Position numbers and translations under genes: made by a program. This document shows positions 40,425 to 53,085 of a stretch of DNA of 64,000 bases, piece by piece (the first letter of the stretch is position 1; every line of letters begins with the position of its first letter). Source of the DNA: Lama glama (lineage: Eukaryota); the NCBI GenBank assembly GCA_028534125.1, contig CM052832.1, positions 13,952,001 through 14,016,000 on the forward strand. Direction: 5' to 3'. Under the pieces are notes generated by a model. The model was not told the origin of the DNA and searched no databases. It saw nothing but the letters and a program-made list of their open reading frames with translations.

Positions 40425-41729
40425 GAAATTTAATGAGAGCTTTCCAGTTCATCCTTACATGGGTATTTTCAAATTTAGTTGCACTTACCCTGTATTAAGT
40501 TACAAGCCTTAGATATACCTCCTTCCTTGTGTTTTCTTTCATGTTTTAGTTTTAGGAGACTGAAAGCCTTTGTGGTCCAGGCACGAGTATACTTAGAAAG
40601 AATGCTGCTGTAATTTCCTGTGCTTCCAGCAAAGTAGCCAGTTCCTATATTCTTTTTTGTCTTCTTTCTGGAAGCTCTCCTGTAAGTAGGATAATCTGTG
40701 ATACAAGATATCTGTATTTGAAGAAAGGGAACAACTACACAGTAAGTAATATACATGGAGAATTAGTGGGTAAAGCTTTAAAGTGACTTCTTATTTGGGG
40801 GAATATGACAATTTAGTTATGTTAACTGAAGTTTTCCGTATACTGTTGATGAAATTTTAAGCGTCTCATTTTTCTGTGACATCTCAGGTGTTTGCTGACT
40901 GGCACTTTGGAGAGTGCGTGCTTATCTGGCATGTCCATAACAGAACGAACTGTGTGTTCCCTCTCTGAGGCACTGGGCAACAATTTCCCCCTTTGGACAG
41001 TTTGGAACAGTGAGCTTTATCATAGATTAATATCCATAGCTACATAGTGATTTTAAATCCAGAATAAACCTAGACTGGGAAAGAAGAAAAGGCTCTTATG
41101 AAAAAAGTGAAACTTTCTCAGTGTCTTATAGGTTTTTAGGAATTGTCTGTTCTTACTGCCTTTTTTTTTTTTTTTAACTAACGCTAGATCAAGAAAGAAG
41201 TTTCTTTAACGTGTTTGTTTTGTCTGCTTACAAAAATCTATACCCCAGATGGCATAAGTGGAATTAAAGGAAGATACCTGGAAAGTTCAGTTTATTTCTT
41301 TATTCTTTTAGATTTATCTTTCTTTGAAAGTTCAAAAAGTTTGTGTCATGTTTATTTTTTTGTTTTAATTATTCATACTACCTTATATGGGCTTCATACT
41401 ATTCAGAACCATTCAGAAATTACAGAGATTACTTATATCCCTTGAAGTGGTAGAAACCAAAAATGAAGAGCAAATTCTTTACTAAATGAGATTTACAAAA
41501 CTTGCAGATCAACTTATACAAGTTCCCTATTTTTTGAATTTTAGCAAGCCATTGTTTCCAGTGGGGGAGGGTTGGAATCAAAAGAATTTGTTTTTTGATT
41601 GACAGTATTTTCATTTAAAAATTTAGTTGATCCTTAAATGATGAACATTTGAAAGAAAGGCATTGCCTTTGGATGTGTTGTAGTCATGATTTCTGAATGC
41701 TTTGTTTTTAGTTTTTTTGTGATACTTGT

Positions 41730-42049
41730 GTTCATGCATGCACACTCTCAAATGATTTGAAACTAAATGGCACACATCGTGGCACTTCACCCCTAAATAC
41801 TTCAGCTTGTGTTTCCAAAGAATGAGGATATTATTGTGTATAAAACCACAATACAACAGCCCACCCCAGAAAGCTAACATTTTACAGTAATAATAAGGTA
41901 ATGTGCGGTCTGTTTTTCCAGATTTTTCTAATTCTCTCCAAAATGGACTTCCATAAAATTTGTCCCCCTAATCCAGGATCCAGCCAAGGATCACACACTG
42001 CAGTTGATTGTTGTGTCTCTTTAGTCTTTTTTAAAGCAGAGCAGGCCCA

Positions 42050-42088
<39 letters not shown>

Positions 42089-42450
42089 TCTTTCATAGCA
42101 TTATTGTTTTGAGGAGTCTAGGCCACTTGTCTTGTAGAATATTCCACAACTTAGTTTTGTCTTTTCTTCTTGATTGATTTCAGGTTAATTTTTTTTTTTT
42201 TTGGTAGGAATACCACATGCATACCTCCCATTACATCACATCAGGAGGCACAGTGATATCACTTTGTGTTAATATAGGTGATGCAGAGTTTGGTCATGAT
42301 GTAGATCACTTGTGTTAAGGGGAGATTTGTCAAATCACTTCATTGGAAGGCCCTTTTCCCTTTTTTTAATAATAAATAATCTGTAGGTTCATGTTTTGAC
42401 ATTGTGTTTCCTAATAACCTTTCACCTGGTGGTTTTAATTTGTTGATTTA
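41730..42450 (-). mobile_element. Old L1MC/ME 3'UTR fragment
   Basis: CTTCACCCCTAAATACTTCAGC, CCAGGATCCAGCCAAGGATCACAC, CATCACATCAGGAGGCAC motifs. Confidence 0.65.
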
Positions 42451-44560
42451 ATCCAAGATTTCCCTAGGGGTTTATTGATGGTTGCCAGTGTATATGTAAA
42501 GCCACGGGAAATTTTTTTGTGTACATATATTTTTCCAAGGATGTATTGGTCCATGATGTCCAAAATATTTAAAAGATCTTTTTCTCCTGTTTTTGAGGTG
42601 CCTTCTGCAAGTTTCTATGCATCAGAGAAGTCTCAGTGTAGGCTACCAGAAGCTGGGAGCCAGCTCTGTTCATCTGATTTTCCTAATTGTCTTGCCCGGA
42701 ATCACATACAACAACTGCGTACCTAACTTTTGTTGTTCATTTGAGAATGCTTTGTTCTGGCCTTTCCCTTATCCTGAGCCAAGCATTTGGATCTTTTGTG
42801 TTTGGCATAAACTGTACTAGAAGATAAAGCAAAGGGGCTTAGCCCCTGGTTTTTAGTGTTCTCTTTGAAGATTTTTGGGCACAGCAAAGTTTCATTTGTG
42901 TCTTTGTTTAGACTGAAGTAAATTTAGGTCATTTGGAAATTAATTAAAACACTTTATCAACTATATTTAGTTGTCTAATTATCAGTTGTATCAGTAAGAC
43001 ATTTTTCACAGCTGTAAAATAGCTCTTTTTGACCGTGTAGGCCAGAGGGTCCCGCAGGTGACTTAGGGAGCCTTATGTCCATTATTAACCTAATTTGAAT
43101 AGCTGTAGAAGTGATTAAGTCTGGACTTTCCCTGCTCACCAGGAGAGCAGGATAGAATTCATCATGGTAGCAGCCAATGAGGTGTGTTTTATTTTGTCTG
43201 TTGATTAGCCTGTTGGTATTTGCCTTGCATGAAAAAAAGTGTCTGTCATTTGGGTGAATGGTAATATTAATAAGCACTAACATTGTAGTAGTATACTTTT
43301 AACATCAAATTATACCATTTAATCTAGAAGATCACTGTGAAAAGGATACATTTTTATTCTAATTACACAGGTAGAGGAAAACGGCTTTGAGAAGCTAAAG
43401 TAGGCAACATCAGATGCCGTAGGAACTCCAAATTCCTTGCCATTTCTGTCTTAGTAGTCTCAAAGGTAGAGGCATTCTAGAGAATGTAAATATGAACAAA
43501 GCATGACCCTGTTCTCAAGGGTCTTTAAAATCCATGTGTGTCTTCTTATGAATATATTATAGGTAACAAGTCAAGGAAGAGCTAAGGAAGTACAGAAAAG
43601 GGTAGTCAGCTGCCAAGTACAAGGTCAAGGTTGGTACGATGGAAGTAGCATTTGAGTGGGACAAATGGGGAAGGAAAAGAGTGACCAAAAGCATGGAGAT
43701 GGGAAAGCACGGGGCTTGTTATGGGACCTTGTTCTGGTTTGGCTAGAGCATGAGCTGCATGAAAGGTAGTAAAAGAAAGTAGTGGAAGCTTGACCTGAAA
43801 GATAGGTTAGGATCATGTTGTGGAGGACCTTGAGTGCTTTTGTAGAGGAGAACCTCATTCTGTAGGTCTTTTGAGCAGAAAATGAAAAATGTGGCTCTGT
43901 AGAAGACCCAATAATAATCACGGTAAGTGTTTACATTTTTAAGTTAGGACTCTGCTAATCTCTTAACATCTGTAATGTCATTAGTGCCTCACAGTAACTA
44001 TGAACAGACACTATTTCCATTTTATGGACGTGAAACTGAGGCTCAGTGAAGTTAAGTAAGTTTGCAAATGTCAAATAGTTATTGCTGGAGCTAGGACTCA
44101 GTCTGGGGTCTGTCAGTTTCTGAAGGCTGTTCTGTTTACCACTGTGATATATTGTCATTCCTTCATCATATTTCCTGATAAGTTCTTAATTCTCTGTCAA
44201 GAATATGGCTGTAAGGAGAGGATGTTTTCAGAGTTCTGAAAGGACTACTTCTCAATGTGTAATCATGCTAAGGAATATAATCACTACCAAACCTGACTTG
44301 TACTGCTCTCTAATTTGGGACCAGAGCTGGAAGGGAAATTGAAGAGTTGGATGATGTTTTATTTACATGCCTCATGACATCAGTACATGCTCATAGCAAA
44401 TGTTTTTATTTTTGTTTTCAGTGTTTAACCTTATTGGATCTAAGAAATCTTGGGTCAGGTAAAGCTCAGTTCCTGGGGGCATTTTAAAGATGCATAAAGA
44501 AGTGGTTTTTTCCTAGCTAAAATATGTTTCTTCTCAGCAGGTTTCTACTTGTAAAAGACA

Positions 44561-44665
44561 ATGACTACTGATGAAGGTGCCAAGAACAATGGAGAAAACC
44601 CAGCAGCAGCTGTTGCTGAACAGGGAGAGGATATTACCTCCAAAAAAGATAGAGGAGTATTAAAG
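44561..44665 (+). CDS. FKBP5: FKBP51 exon 2, first coding exon (exon starts 44541), aa 1-35
   Basis: Translates [35 protein letters not shown]; acceptor ttctcagcag, donor AAG|GTGAGA. Confidence 0.98.
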
Positions 44666-46679
44666 GTGAGACCACAAGGGTGAATGATGTGTAGGAAAAT
44701 CTGCTATCTGGAAAGATTGTCTATAAAAATCTTTTTTTGCTTTTTTGGCTGAAGGTGGCGATGGATAATGTTTATTGAGGCTTACTAAGTGCCAAATACT
44801 CGGTTCATCTTCATAACGAGGTTTGGGTTTTGGGTTTTGTTTTTGTTTTTGTTCTTAGATTTGAGGTTTGTTTTTAATCCAGGTTATAGATGGTAAAATT
44901 GAGACCCGGCTAGGTAAATTAACTTGCCTCAAATCATATTTCTTAGTAAATGCAGATCTGGGGTCAGGTCCTAGTTATGTCTGACTCCAGAAGACTGTGT
45001 CTCCCTATTCGCAGAACGTACAAACAGGTGTTATTTAAGTATATTAAAGCTGGCTAATAATAATTCAACAAAAATTTTTTAAAGGAAAAAGAAAAGCTAA
45101 TTTAAAGTTCAAAAAGATTTGTTTTTTACATACAGTGTTAGTGTATACAGTGAAGATTTTTTTGTGTGGTTTCATCAGAGGACATATCTCACTTTTTGAA
45201 TCAACTTTCCTCCTTAAAACACTTTTTTCACTCTGTAATTAAGCATTTTTACGTGTGTTTTTTATTTGTATCTCACAATTGTCTTATGAGACAATCAGAG
45301 CACCTTTTGATTCTTCCATTTATATATGAAAGACATATATGTGTTATTATTCCATATAATAAAGAAAGGTTAAATGGCTTTGGTCATGTTAAGTTGTTCT
45401 TTCTCCTACACTGTTATACATTCAAGGTTTGTATAGTTGACTTAATTTTTTTTGCTGAAGATCATCTCACGAATTCTAAATATTACCACTAAGCTGAGTT
45501 TTACTATTGCCTCATGTCATCAGCAAATAAGTTTTTAGTTTGTTTTGGATAATCTTGCTTATGTGAAAGTTTTCTGCACCCGAATCTCTTCTGAATATAC
45601 ATGTTTTACTGTTTGCTTGCCATGTGCCAAGCCAACATTTGAAGACTTATACCTGTAGAAAAAGGGCTCTGTGCTATAGATGTATGTATATCATGATATC
45701 TTCATTCAGAGGGCTTCTCAACCTTGTAGCTATGTGAGTTCCTCACCCCAGACTCCAGGATGCCTCTTGAGACAGTGGAAATTCTGTAGGCTGTTCTCAG
45801 CATCTCCCTACCTCTGTTTAAGTTCTTCTCTTTCATCTTTTCAGAGCACCCGTGCAGAGAACACAGTCCCCAGCTTGCCTCAGGTCCTGCTTTGTTCTAG
45901 CGAGTAAATCTAACAAGATTTTTAGGCCTGTAAGAAGCATTTTTAGGTTATAAGCCCTTTAAGTCATTTATCACTGCCCAGAGCCTCAGATTTCACCATG
46001 AGGCTTTGGTTAAGATTAAATAGGTCTATTAACTGTGTGACCTAGGGCAATTTAGTAACCTATCTGAGATGAAGTTTCCTCATTTGTAAAATTAGAATAA
46101 TAATACTGCCTACCTCGGAGAGTTATCAGGATTACATAAAGCATTTAGCACAGTGCCATGCCTGTAGTACTCTCTCTTATTAACCATTTTATATGTATGT
46201 GTGTGTGTGTGTTTTTTTTTATAAAGACCAAGGCAGATCTGGGAAGTCAGAAACTAGCTTAGGAAGATAAAATTTCTTTGTGGAGCTTACATTTTTAACA
46301 TGAATTGAGACTAGATTGTATTCTCAGGACAACTCCAGATTTTGACACTAAATTCACCTTGCTGGGGAAACCTAAAGTAATACAGTAGTGTCATGTGCAG
46401 ATGTGAACAGCTCTCTGATGCCCTGGTAGCCATTCATCCCATATGCCCAGTTACTTGGTTATAGTCCTAGAAAAGCAGAATCTCCATGTGAGGCTCAGGC
46501 TCCCAGATACTGCATGCAGTTCATGAGCATGAGAACTTTTAGAATATCATGTGCTTTCTTTCAGATTAAATTTTTTTGAAACTTTTTCCCTTTGAGTCAC
46601 AGAAGGGCAGTAGTGATTCTTTTTTTTTTTTTTAAAAAAAACCTCTTAATTTAATTTTTAAAATTATAATGATTTTTCC

Positions 46680-47156
46680 CAGCTTTACTGTGATATAATT
46701 GAAATATTATGTAAGTTGAAGGTGTACAATGTGATGATTTGATACACTTGTATGTTTTGAAATGATTACCACAGTAGAGTTAGTTAACCCCTCCATCACC
46801 TCAAATAATAATTTCTTTTTTTGTGGTGAGAACATTTAAGAGCTATTTTTTTTTAGCAACTCTCAGGTATGTAATACAGTGCTGTTAACTTAGTCACCAT
46901 GCTGTACATTAGATCCCTAGAATTTATTCGTCTTATAACTTGGACGTTTATACCCTTTGACCAATCTCTCTCCATTTCTCCCATCCTCTAGCCCCTGGCA
47001 CCCCTTATTCTCTCTCTGTGAGTTCAGCTTTTTTAGATTCCGCACATAAGCAGTGTCACACAGCATTTGTCTTTCTTAGTCTGACTTATTTCACTTAGCA
47101 TAATGCCCTCAGAGTACATCTGTATTGTAACAAATAATATGATTTCCTTCTTTCAT

Positions 47157-47210
<54 letters not shown>

Positions 47211-48745
47211 ATATGTTTTTGCACAGATTTCTCCCTTTCCACCGGATGCCTTTTTACTGTGGTGATTGTTTCTTTTGCTGTGCAGAAGCTTTTTAGTTTG
47301 CTGTTCCACTTATTTTTGCTTTTGTTGCTTGTGCTTTTGGTGTCATATCCAAAAAATTCTTACCAAGACCAATGTCAAGAAGCTTTTTCCCCTTGTTTTC
47401 TTCTAGGAGTTTTAGATTTTCAGATCTCATATTTAAGTCTTTAATCAATTTTGAGTTAATTTTTATTAGCGGTGTAAGATAGGTGTCCAGTTTTATTCTT
47501 CTGCATGTAATTATTCAGTTTTCCCTGCACCATTTATTGAAGAGATTATCTGTTCCTCATTGAGTATTCTTGGCTCCCTTATCAAATATTAGTTGACTAT
47601 ATATGCTCGGATTCATTTCTGGGCTCTCAGTTCTATTGCATGGGTCTATGTGCCTGTTTTCATGGCAGTACCATTCTGTTTTAATTACAATAGTTTAATA
47701 ATATAATTTGAAATCAGGAAATGTGATGCCTCCAGCTTTGTTCTTTCTCAGGATTGCCTTGGCTTTTGGGGGCCTTTTTGGTCTGTACACATTTTAGCAT
47801 TTTTTTCTGTTCCTGTGAAAAATACCATAGTGAATTTTGATTGCATTAAATCTATAGATGTCTTTCATAGTATGGACATTTTAACTTTTTTAATTCTTCT
47901 TATCCACGAACATAGGATATATTTCCATTTATTTTTACCTTTTTCAGTTTCTTTCATAAGAATCTTATAGTTTTCATTGTAACCTCCTTGGTTAAATTTA
48001 TTCCTAATTATTTGATAGCTGTTGATGCTGTTTTGAATGGAATTTTTTTTTATTGAGGTATAATTGACATATAACGTTATATTAGTTTCAGGTATACAAC
48101 ATAGCAATTTGACATTTGCATATATTGTGAAATGATCATCACAATAAGTCTAGTTGACATCTGTCACCATACATAGGTAATTTTTTTTCTTGTGATGGGA
48201 GCTTTTTAGATCTGTTAGCAATTTTCAAATATGCAATACAATATTATTGACTATTGCACCATACTGTACATTACATCCGTGACTTATTTTACAAATGGAG
48301 GTTTATATCTTCTGACTCCACCCATTTTTTCCCACCCTCCTCTCAAACTCTCATCTCTGGTAATCACCAATTTGTTTATGTTCTCTGTATCTATGAACTT
48401 AGTTGTTTTTTTCTTTTCTTTTTTTAGATTCCATATGTAACTGAGATCATACAGTATTTGTCTTTATCTGATCTGTTTCACTTAGCATAATTCCCTTAAG
48501 GTCTATCCATGTTGTAGCAAATGGCAAGATTTCATTCTCTTTTATAGCTGAATAATATTGCATTGTGTGTATGTGTATTTATTTACCTCATTGTAGTTTT
48601 GCTTTGCATTTCTGGGATTGTTTTCTTTATATTTTTATCAAATATTTTGTTGTCAGCATATAGAAATGGTTTCTGTGTGTTGATTTTGCAATCCTGCAAC
48701 TTTACTGAGTTCATTGGTTAGTTCAGACAGATTTCTTATGGAGTT
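46680..48745 (-). mobile_element. Antisense L1 with nested L1 3' end (~48045-48590) and (CA)25 at 47158-47207
   Basis: L1 3'UTR and ORF2 antisense motifs; ORF 47865-48107 includes NKWKYILCSWIRRI. Confidence 0.85.
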
Positions 48746-49738
48746 GCAGAAATCATTTTTTTCCTTTAAAGAATGTCTGGGTTTTTGTAGACGAAGAAAG
48801 TTGTAGAATCTAAGTTCACAGTGTTTATGTGGTGATATGAGGGTGGGCCTGGGGGGACATGGCTCAAAAAAAGAATTTAGAAGTAAATAATTGAATTCTT
48901 TGGAAAAAAATTCAAACCCCTCCCCCCAGAAGATGTTTATTGGACTTTAGGTACCATCTCTGTTATCTAACAAAATGATTAATTAGGCATAAGTGATTGA
49001 CAGAATAAATTATACCACCATATGCCTGGATTTGATTTTTTTCCCAGAACTGACCAACTGCATTAGTGGTTTGCCTGCCAAAAACAAAAATTAAGTATGC
49101 TGGATTTTAAGATAGCTAAATATTTTTCAACATGGAGCTTTTTTGGCATTTCCTTTACTAGAAGACAAGTTATTTGGTATCATATCAAACTGTGCAGTGA
49201 TACTTCTTTTTCACACATTGAATATTCTTCAGATAGTAAGAAATAACCTGTTATAACAGGAAATTGGGCTTTCTGAAATTAAACCAAACTAGTGGAATCT
49301 AGTCTCAAGCTAATGATTTTAGCAAAGGAGGGAAGTAAAAATCTCACCTTTGAAACTTTGCTTCAGACTTCTTTTTGAATGTTTGTGAAAGCTAATCTTT
49401 TTGGTCTAATTCAGTTTGTACATGGAGTTTTGAGAGATTTTAGTGTGAAAGCATGGGGCATTAAACCAATGAAGCAGGAACTGTTAGTTAATTATTTTGA
49501 GAGCATATTGTGATTAACAATAAAATTAAATATAGCATGAAAGATTTAGAGTAGCACAGGACAGTTTGCTAACAATGAGGATTATTGAGAGAACTGGGAG
49601 TGAAGCCTTTAGAAAGGACAGGTAAAAGAGTTTGTAGATTTGCCTGGGTGATGCAGAATAGACTGTGTGACGTTTTTATTCTCTTGATTAGAAGTGAAAT
49701 GTTTCACCTCCTTTTCCCTGACATTTGGTCTTTTCTAG

Positions 49739-49883
49739 CTTATCAGAAGAGTGGGGAATAGTGAGGAAACACCAATGATTGGAGACAAAGTTTATGTCCA
49801 TTACAAAGGAAAATTGTCAAATGGGAAGAAATTTGATTCCAGTCATGATAGAAACGAACCATTTGTCTTTAGTCTTGGCAAAG
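49739..49883 (+). CDS. FKBP5: FKBP51 exon 3 (FK1 domain), aa 36-84
   Basis: 145 nt; [48 protein letters not shown](G); ttttctag acceptor, AAG|GTAAGA donor. Confidence 0.98.
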
Positions 49884-49995
49884 GTAAGAAGGTTTTTTTT
49901 TTTTTTTGAGTTGTGATTTGCTTAAATTTATTGCTATTTATATTATATAGGAGCTAGTGGATCCTATCCTTGACAAAAGTAAACATATTTTAGAG

Positions 49996-51405
49996 CAGTA
50001 GTTCTCACATTATGGTCTGTGGATCCCTGGTGGGTCCTTGAGATTATTTTAGGGGGTCCACAATGTCAAAATTACTTTCATAATAATACTAATATGTTAT
50101 CTATTTTTTTCATTGTGTTGACATTTGCACTGATGGTACCAAAGCTGCTTTGGTTAAAAAAAAAAAAATTGCTGTTGCCTTAGCACAGATCTAGGCAATG
50201 GCACCAAATTATACAAGCAGTAGTATATTCTTCACTGCCCTCACTCACTGTTTAAATAAGAAAAAAAAAGGAAGACCAGTTTCACTTAAGAATGTCCTTG
50301 ATAAAGTATAAAAGACATTAGGGCTATTAAGTCCTAATCCTTGAGTTTCACATTGTTTTTATGTTTGTGGCAGAACAGGAAGCACACATAGAGCACTTCT
50401 GCACACCCAAGTACAACGGTCATCTCAAAGAAAGGCACTTGTGCACTTGCTTGAGTTGAGAGCTGAACCAGCTACATTTTTTCATGAAGCACCATTTTTA
50501 TTTGAAAGGGCAAGCTATGATTATTCAGACTTGATTATTCCGTATTTGGCAGATATTTTCTTGCAAATGAATGAAGTGAGCCTGTCACTTAAAGGAAAAC
50601 AACTGACAATATTTGTTACCATTGAGTTTTCAAGTGAAAGTTTCAGTTCTGGAAAATTTGTATCTGCCACTCAGAGATGGACAGCTTCCCAAAACTTAAG
50701 ACTTCTGATGAGATCAGTGGGTATTAATGAATGTGATTTTTTAAATATTATACAAGGAAATGTGGTAACATTTGGAAGATTATATAACTCAGTGAACAAC
50801 ATTTTCCCAGTGACCAATGCAAGATGTTACAAAATCATGCATGACTAAAAAGATCCATTTGATGTGTAAGCTAGACCAGTGGATTTTAATGTAATATAAT
50901 ATGAAAAGTTCATTAATATGGTTTCACATTCCATACTGCAGCTAACCTTTATTGAAACTACCACTTGTCCAGTTTCGAAGTAGTATCAGATAATTATGAA
51001 TATTAGGCTACTAAAATACTCCTTCCTACCTTTTTTTTTTAAATACTCCTACCTTTTCTAATTATTCATCTTCATATACTTCAACCAAAATTGCAACAGA
51101 TGAATTCAAAAGTAGATATGAGAATCTGGTTGTTTTTTATTAAGTCAGACACATTTTACATTTGTAAAATTGTAAAACAATGCCACTCTTCTCACTAATT
51201 TTTTGTTTTGGAAAATATAGTTCCATAAAAATAATTTATGTTTACATAAAATGAGGTTCTTGTTATTTTTAAACAAATTTCTAAGTAACTTAAATTTTTT
51301 AAATATTGTAAATATCAGTAGACATACAAAAAAAAAAAGGCTCCTTACAGTCTTTAATTTTTAAGCTGTAAAGGGGTCCTGAGGAAAAAAGATTGAGAAC
51401 CACTA
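49996..51405. mobile_element. hAT Charlie1-like DNA transposon
   Basis: TIRs CAGTAGTTCTCA / TGAGAACCACTA; degenerate 8-bp TSD TTTTAGAG/TTTTCAAG; ORF 50441-50848 has transposase-like YLADIFLQMNEVSLSLKGK. Confidence 0.85.
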
Positions 51406-52139
51406 TTTTCAAGTCTTAAATGTGATTTTTACTGATTTCTTTACAAATACTTTTCAATGTCTTCAGTTAATTTAGTATAATTTTTTTTTTATCTTGGAAG
51501 AAGAATAATAGCCCATACATCAAATTGAACTTTGTGGACCATATGGCTTGTTAGAAGTTAGTTAATATAAGTCCAAGAACGCTAAAGCCTCACCCCTTCC
51601 CCACCTACCCTTGGAAAGGTCTGGTGATTTCTGATAAAAGGCTACTTCAAAGAAGTTGTTTTTGGTGCTCTTGGTATGTGACTAACATGGTTGGGAATTA
51701 TGAAGATAAGAATCCTATTTCTTATATTCTTCCCCTAGATTTGAGAAGAGAAACAAATCAGTCATTTTAGATTTTTCACATACCTATACTTATCTTTTAC
51801 TATTGAGATTAAACCATAATGAAGTAAATATCAGCAATCTACCTTTAACATTAATATAACCTTATTAAATGCATGATGACTCATGATTATTAGTAAAAAT
51901 ACCTGTTAATTTAGTCCGTCGTTAGCATGTTGGGGTAAAAGGGGAAAGTTTATGTTTGAAAGACTAATAGCTAATACTTTTTGAAGTACTTAGAATGCCA
52001 AGCTAAGGGCCTTACATATGTCATCACATTTAATCCTCACACCAGTCCTATTATTATTTTTTAGACTCTTTGTACAATTTATTTAGTATAATTAGGTGAC
52101 AGTCATATTAACATTTGTGTCTAAGACTCTTAGAGGTGG

Positions 52140-53085
52140 GTTTTTTTTTGAGGTACTATTTACATATAACAAGATTTACCATTTTAAGGGTAACCACCAC
52201 CACAATCAACATATAGAAAATTTCCTCACCCCAAAAAGTTTTCTTACGTCTTTTTGTCACTTCCTGGACCTTGGGCCATGCAGTCGCTAATCTGGTTCTG
52301 TTACTATAGTTTGTGTTTTCCAGAATTTCATATAAGTGGAATCAGATGTCATCTTTGGTGTTCGACTTCTTTCACTTAGCATAATGATTTTGAGATTCAT
52401 GCATGTTGAGTTGCCAAGTAGTGTTTTACAGTATGGAAACACCACAATTTGTTCATCCATTCAAAAAACTGGACGTTGGGGTTGTTTCTAATTTGGGGTT
52501 ATTATGAATAACATAATGAGCATACACATACTTGTCTTTGTGTCGATGTGTTGGGTAAATTTATTTTGGGGTAAATACCTGGGATTGGACTTGTTGGTCA
52601 TATGGTAAACATACGTTTACCTTCATAAAATACTACCATACTGTTTTTCACAGTGGCTGTACCATTTTGCATTCTCACCAGTAATACTTGAGAGGTCGTT
52701 TTTCACATCCTTGTCAGCCCTTAATATTATCAGTCTTTTAATTAAACTTTAGCCATTTTAATATGGTTGTGAAATGGTATTGCATTTTGATTTTCAATTG
52801 CATTTCCCTGATAACTAGTGATGTTGAGAGTATATTTTCTTGTGCTTAGTGGACATTTGTATATTTTCTTTTGTGAAATATCTGTTCAAATCTTTTGCCC
52901 AGTTTAAAAATCAGTAGTATCTTTTTATTGAGTTGTACTCAGCAAGACAAGCACTTAATCAGATACGTATTTTGGAACTATGTTCTCCCAGTCTCTATCT
53001 TGCCTTTTCATTTTCTTAACTAGTCTTTCAGGGAACAAAAGTTTTTAATTCTGATGAAGTCCACTTTACTAAATTTTTTATGGTA
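52140..53085 (-). mobile_element. L1MB-type 3' region interrupting a MIR
   Basis: TTTTTTGAGGTACTATTTACATATAAC tail; MIR halves at ~51980-52060 and ~53135-53230. Confidence 0.8.

Noticed and set aside
50441..50848. 135-aa ORF as a domesticated transposase
   Set aside because: Short decayed fragment starting at GTG inside a Charlie relic; similarity appears to drift out of frame.
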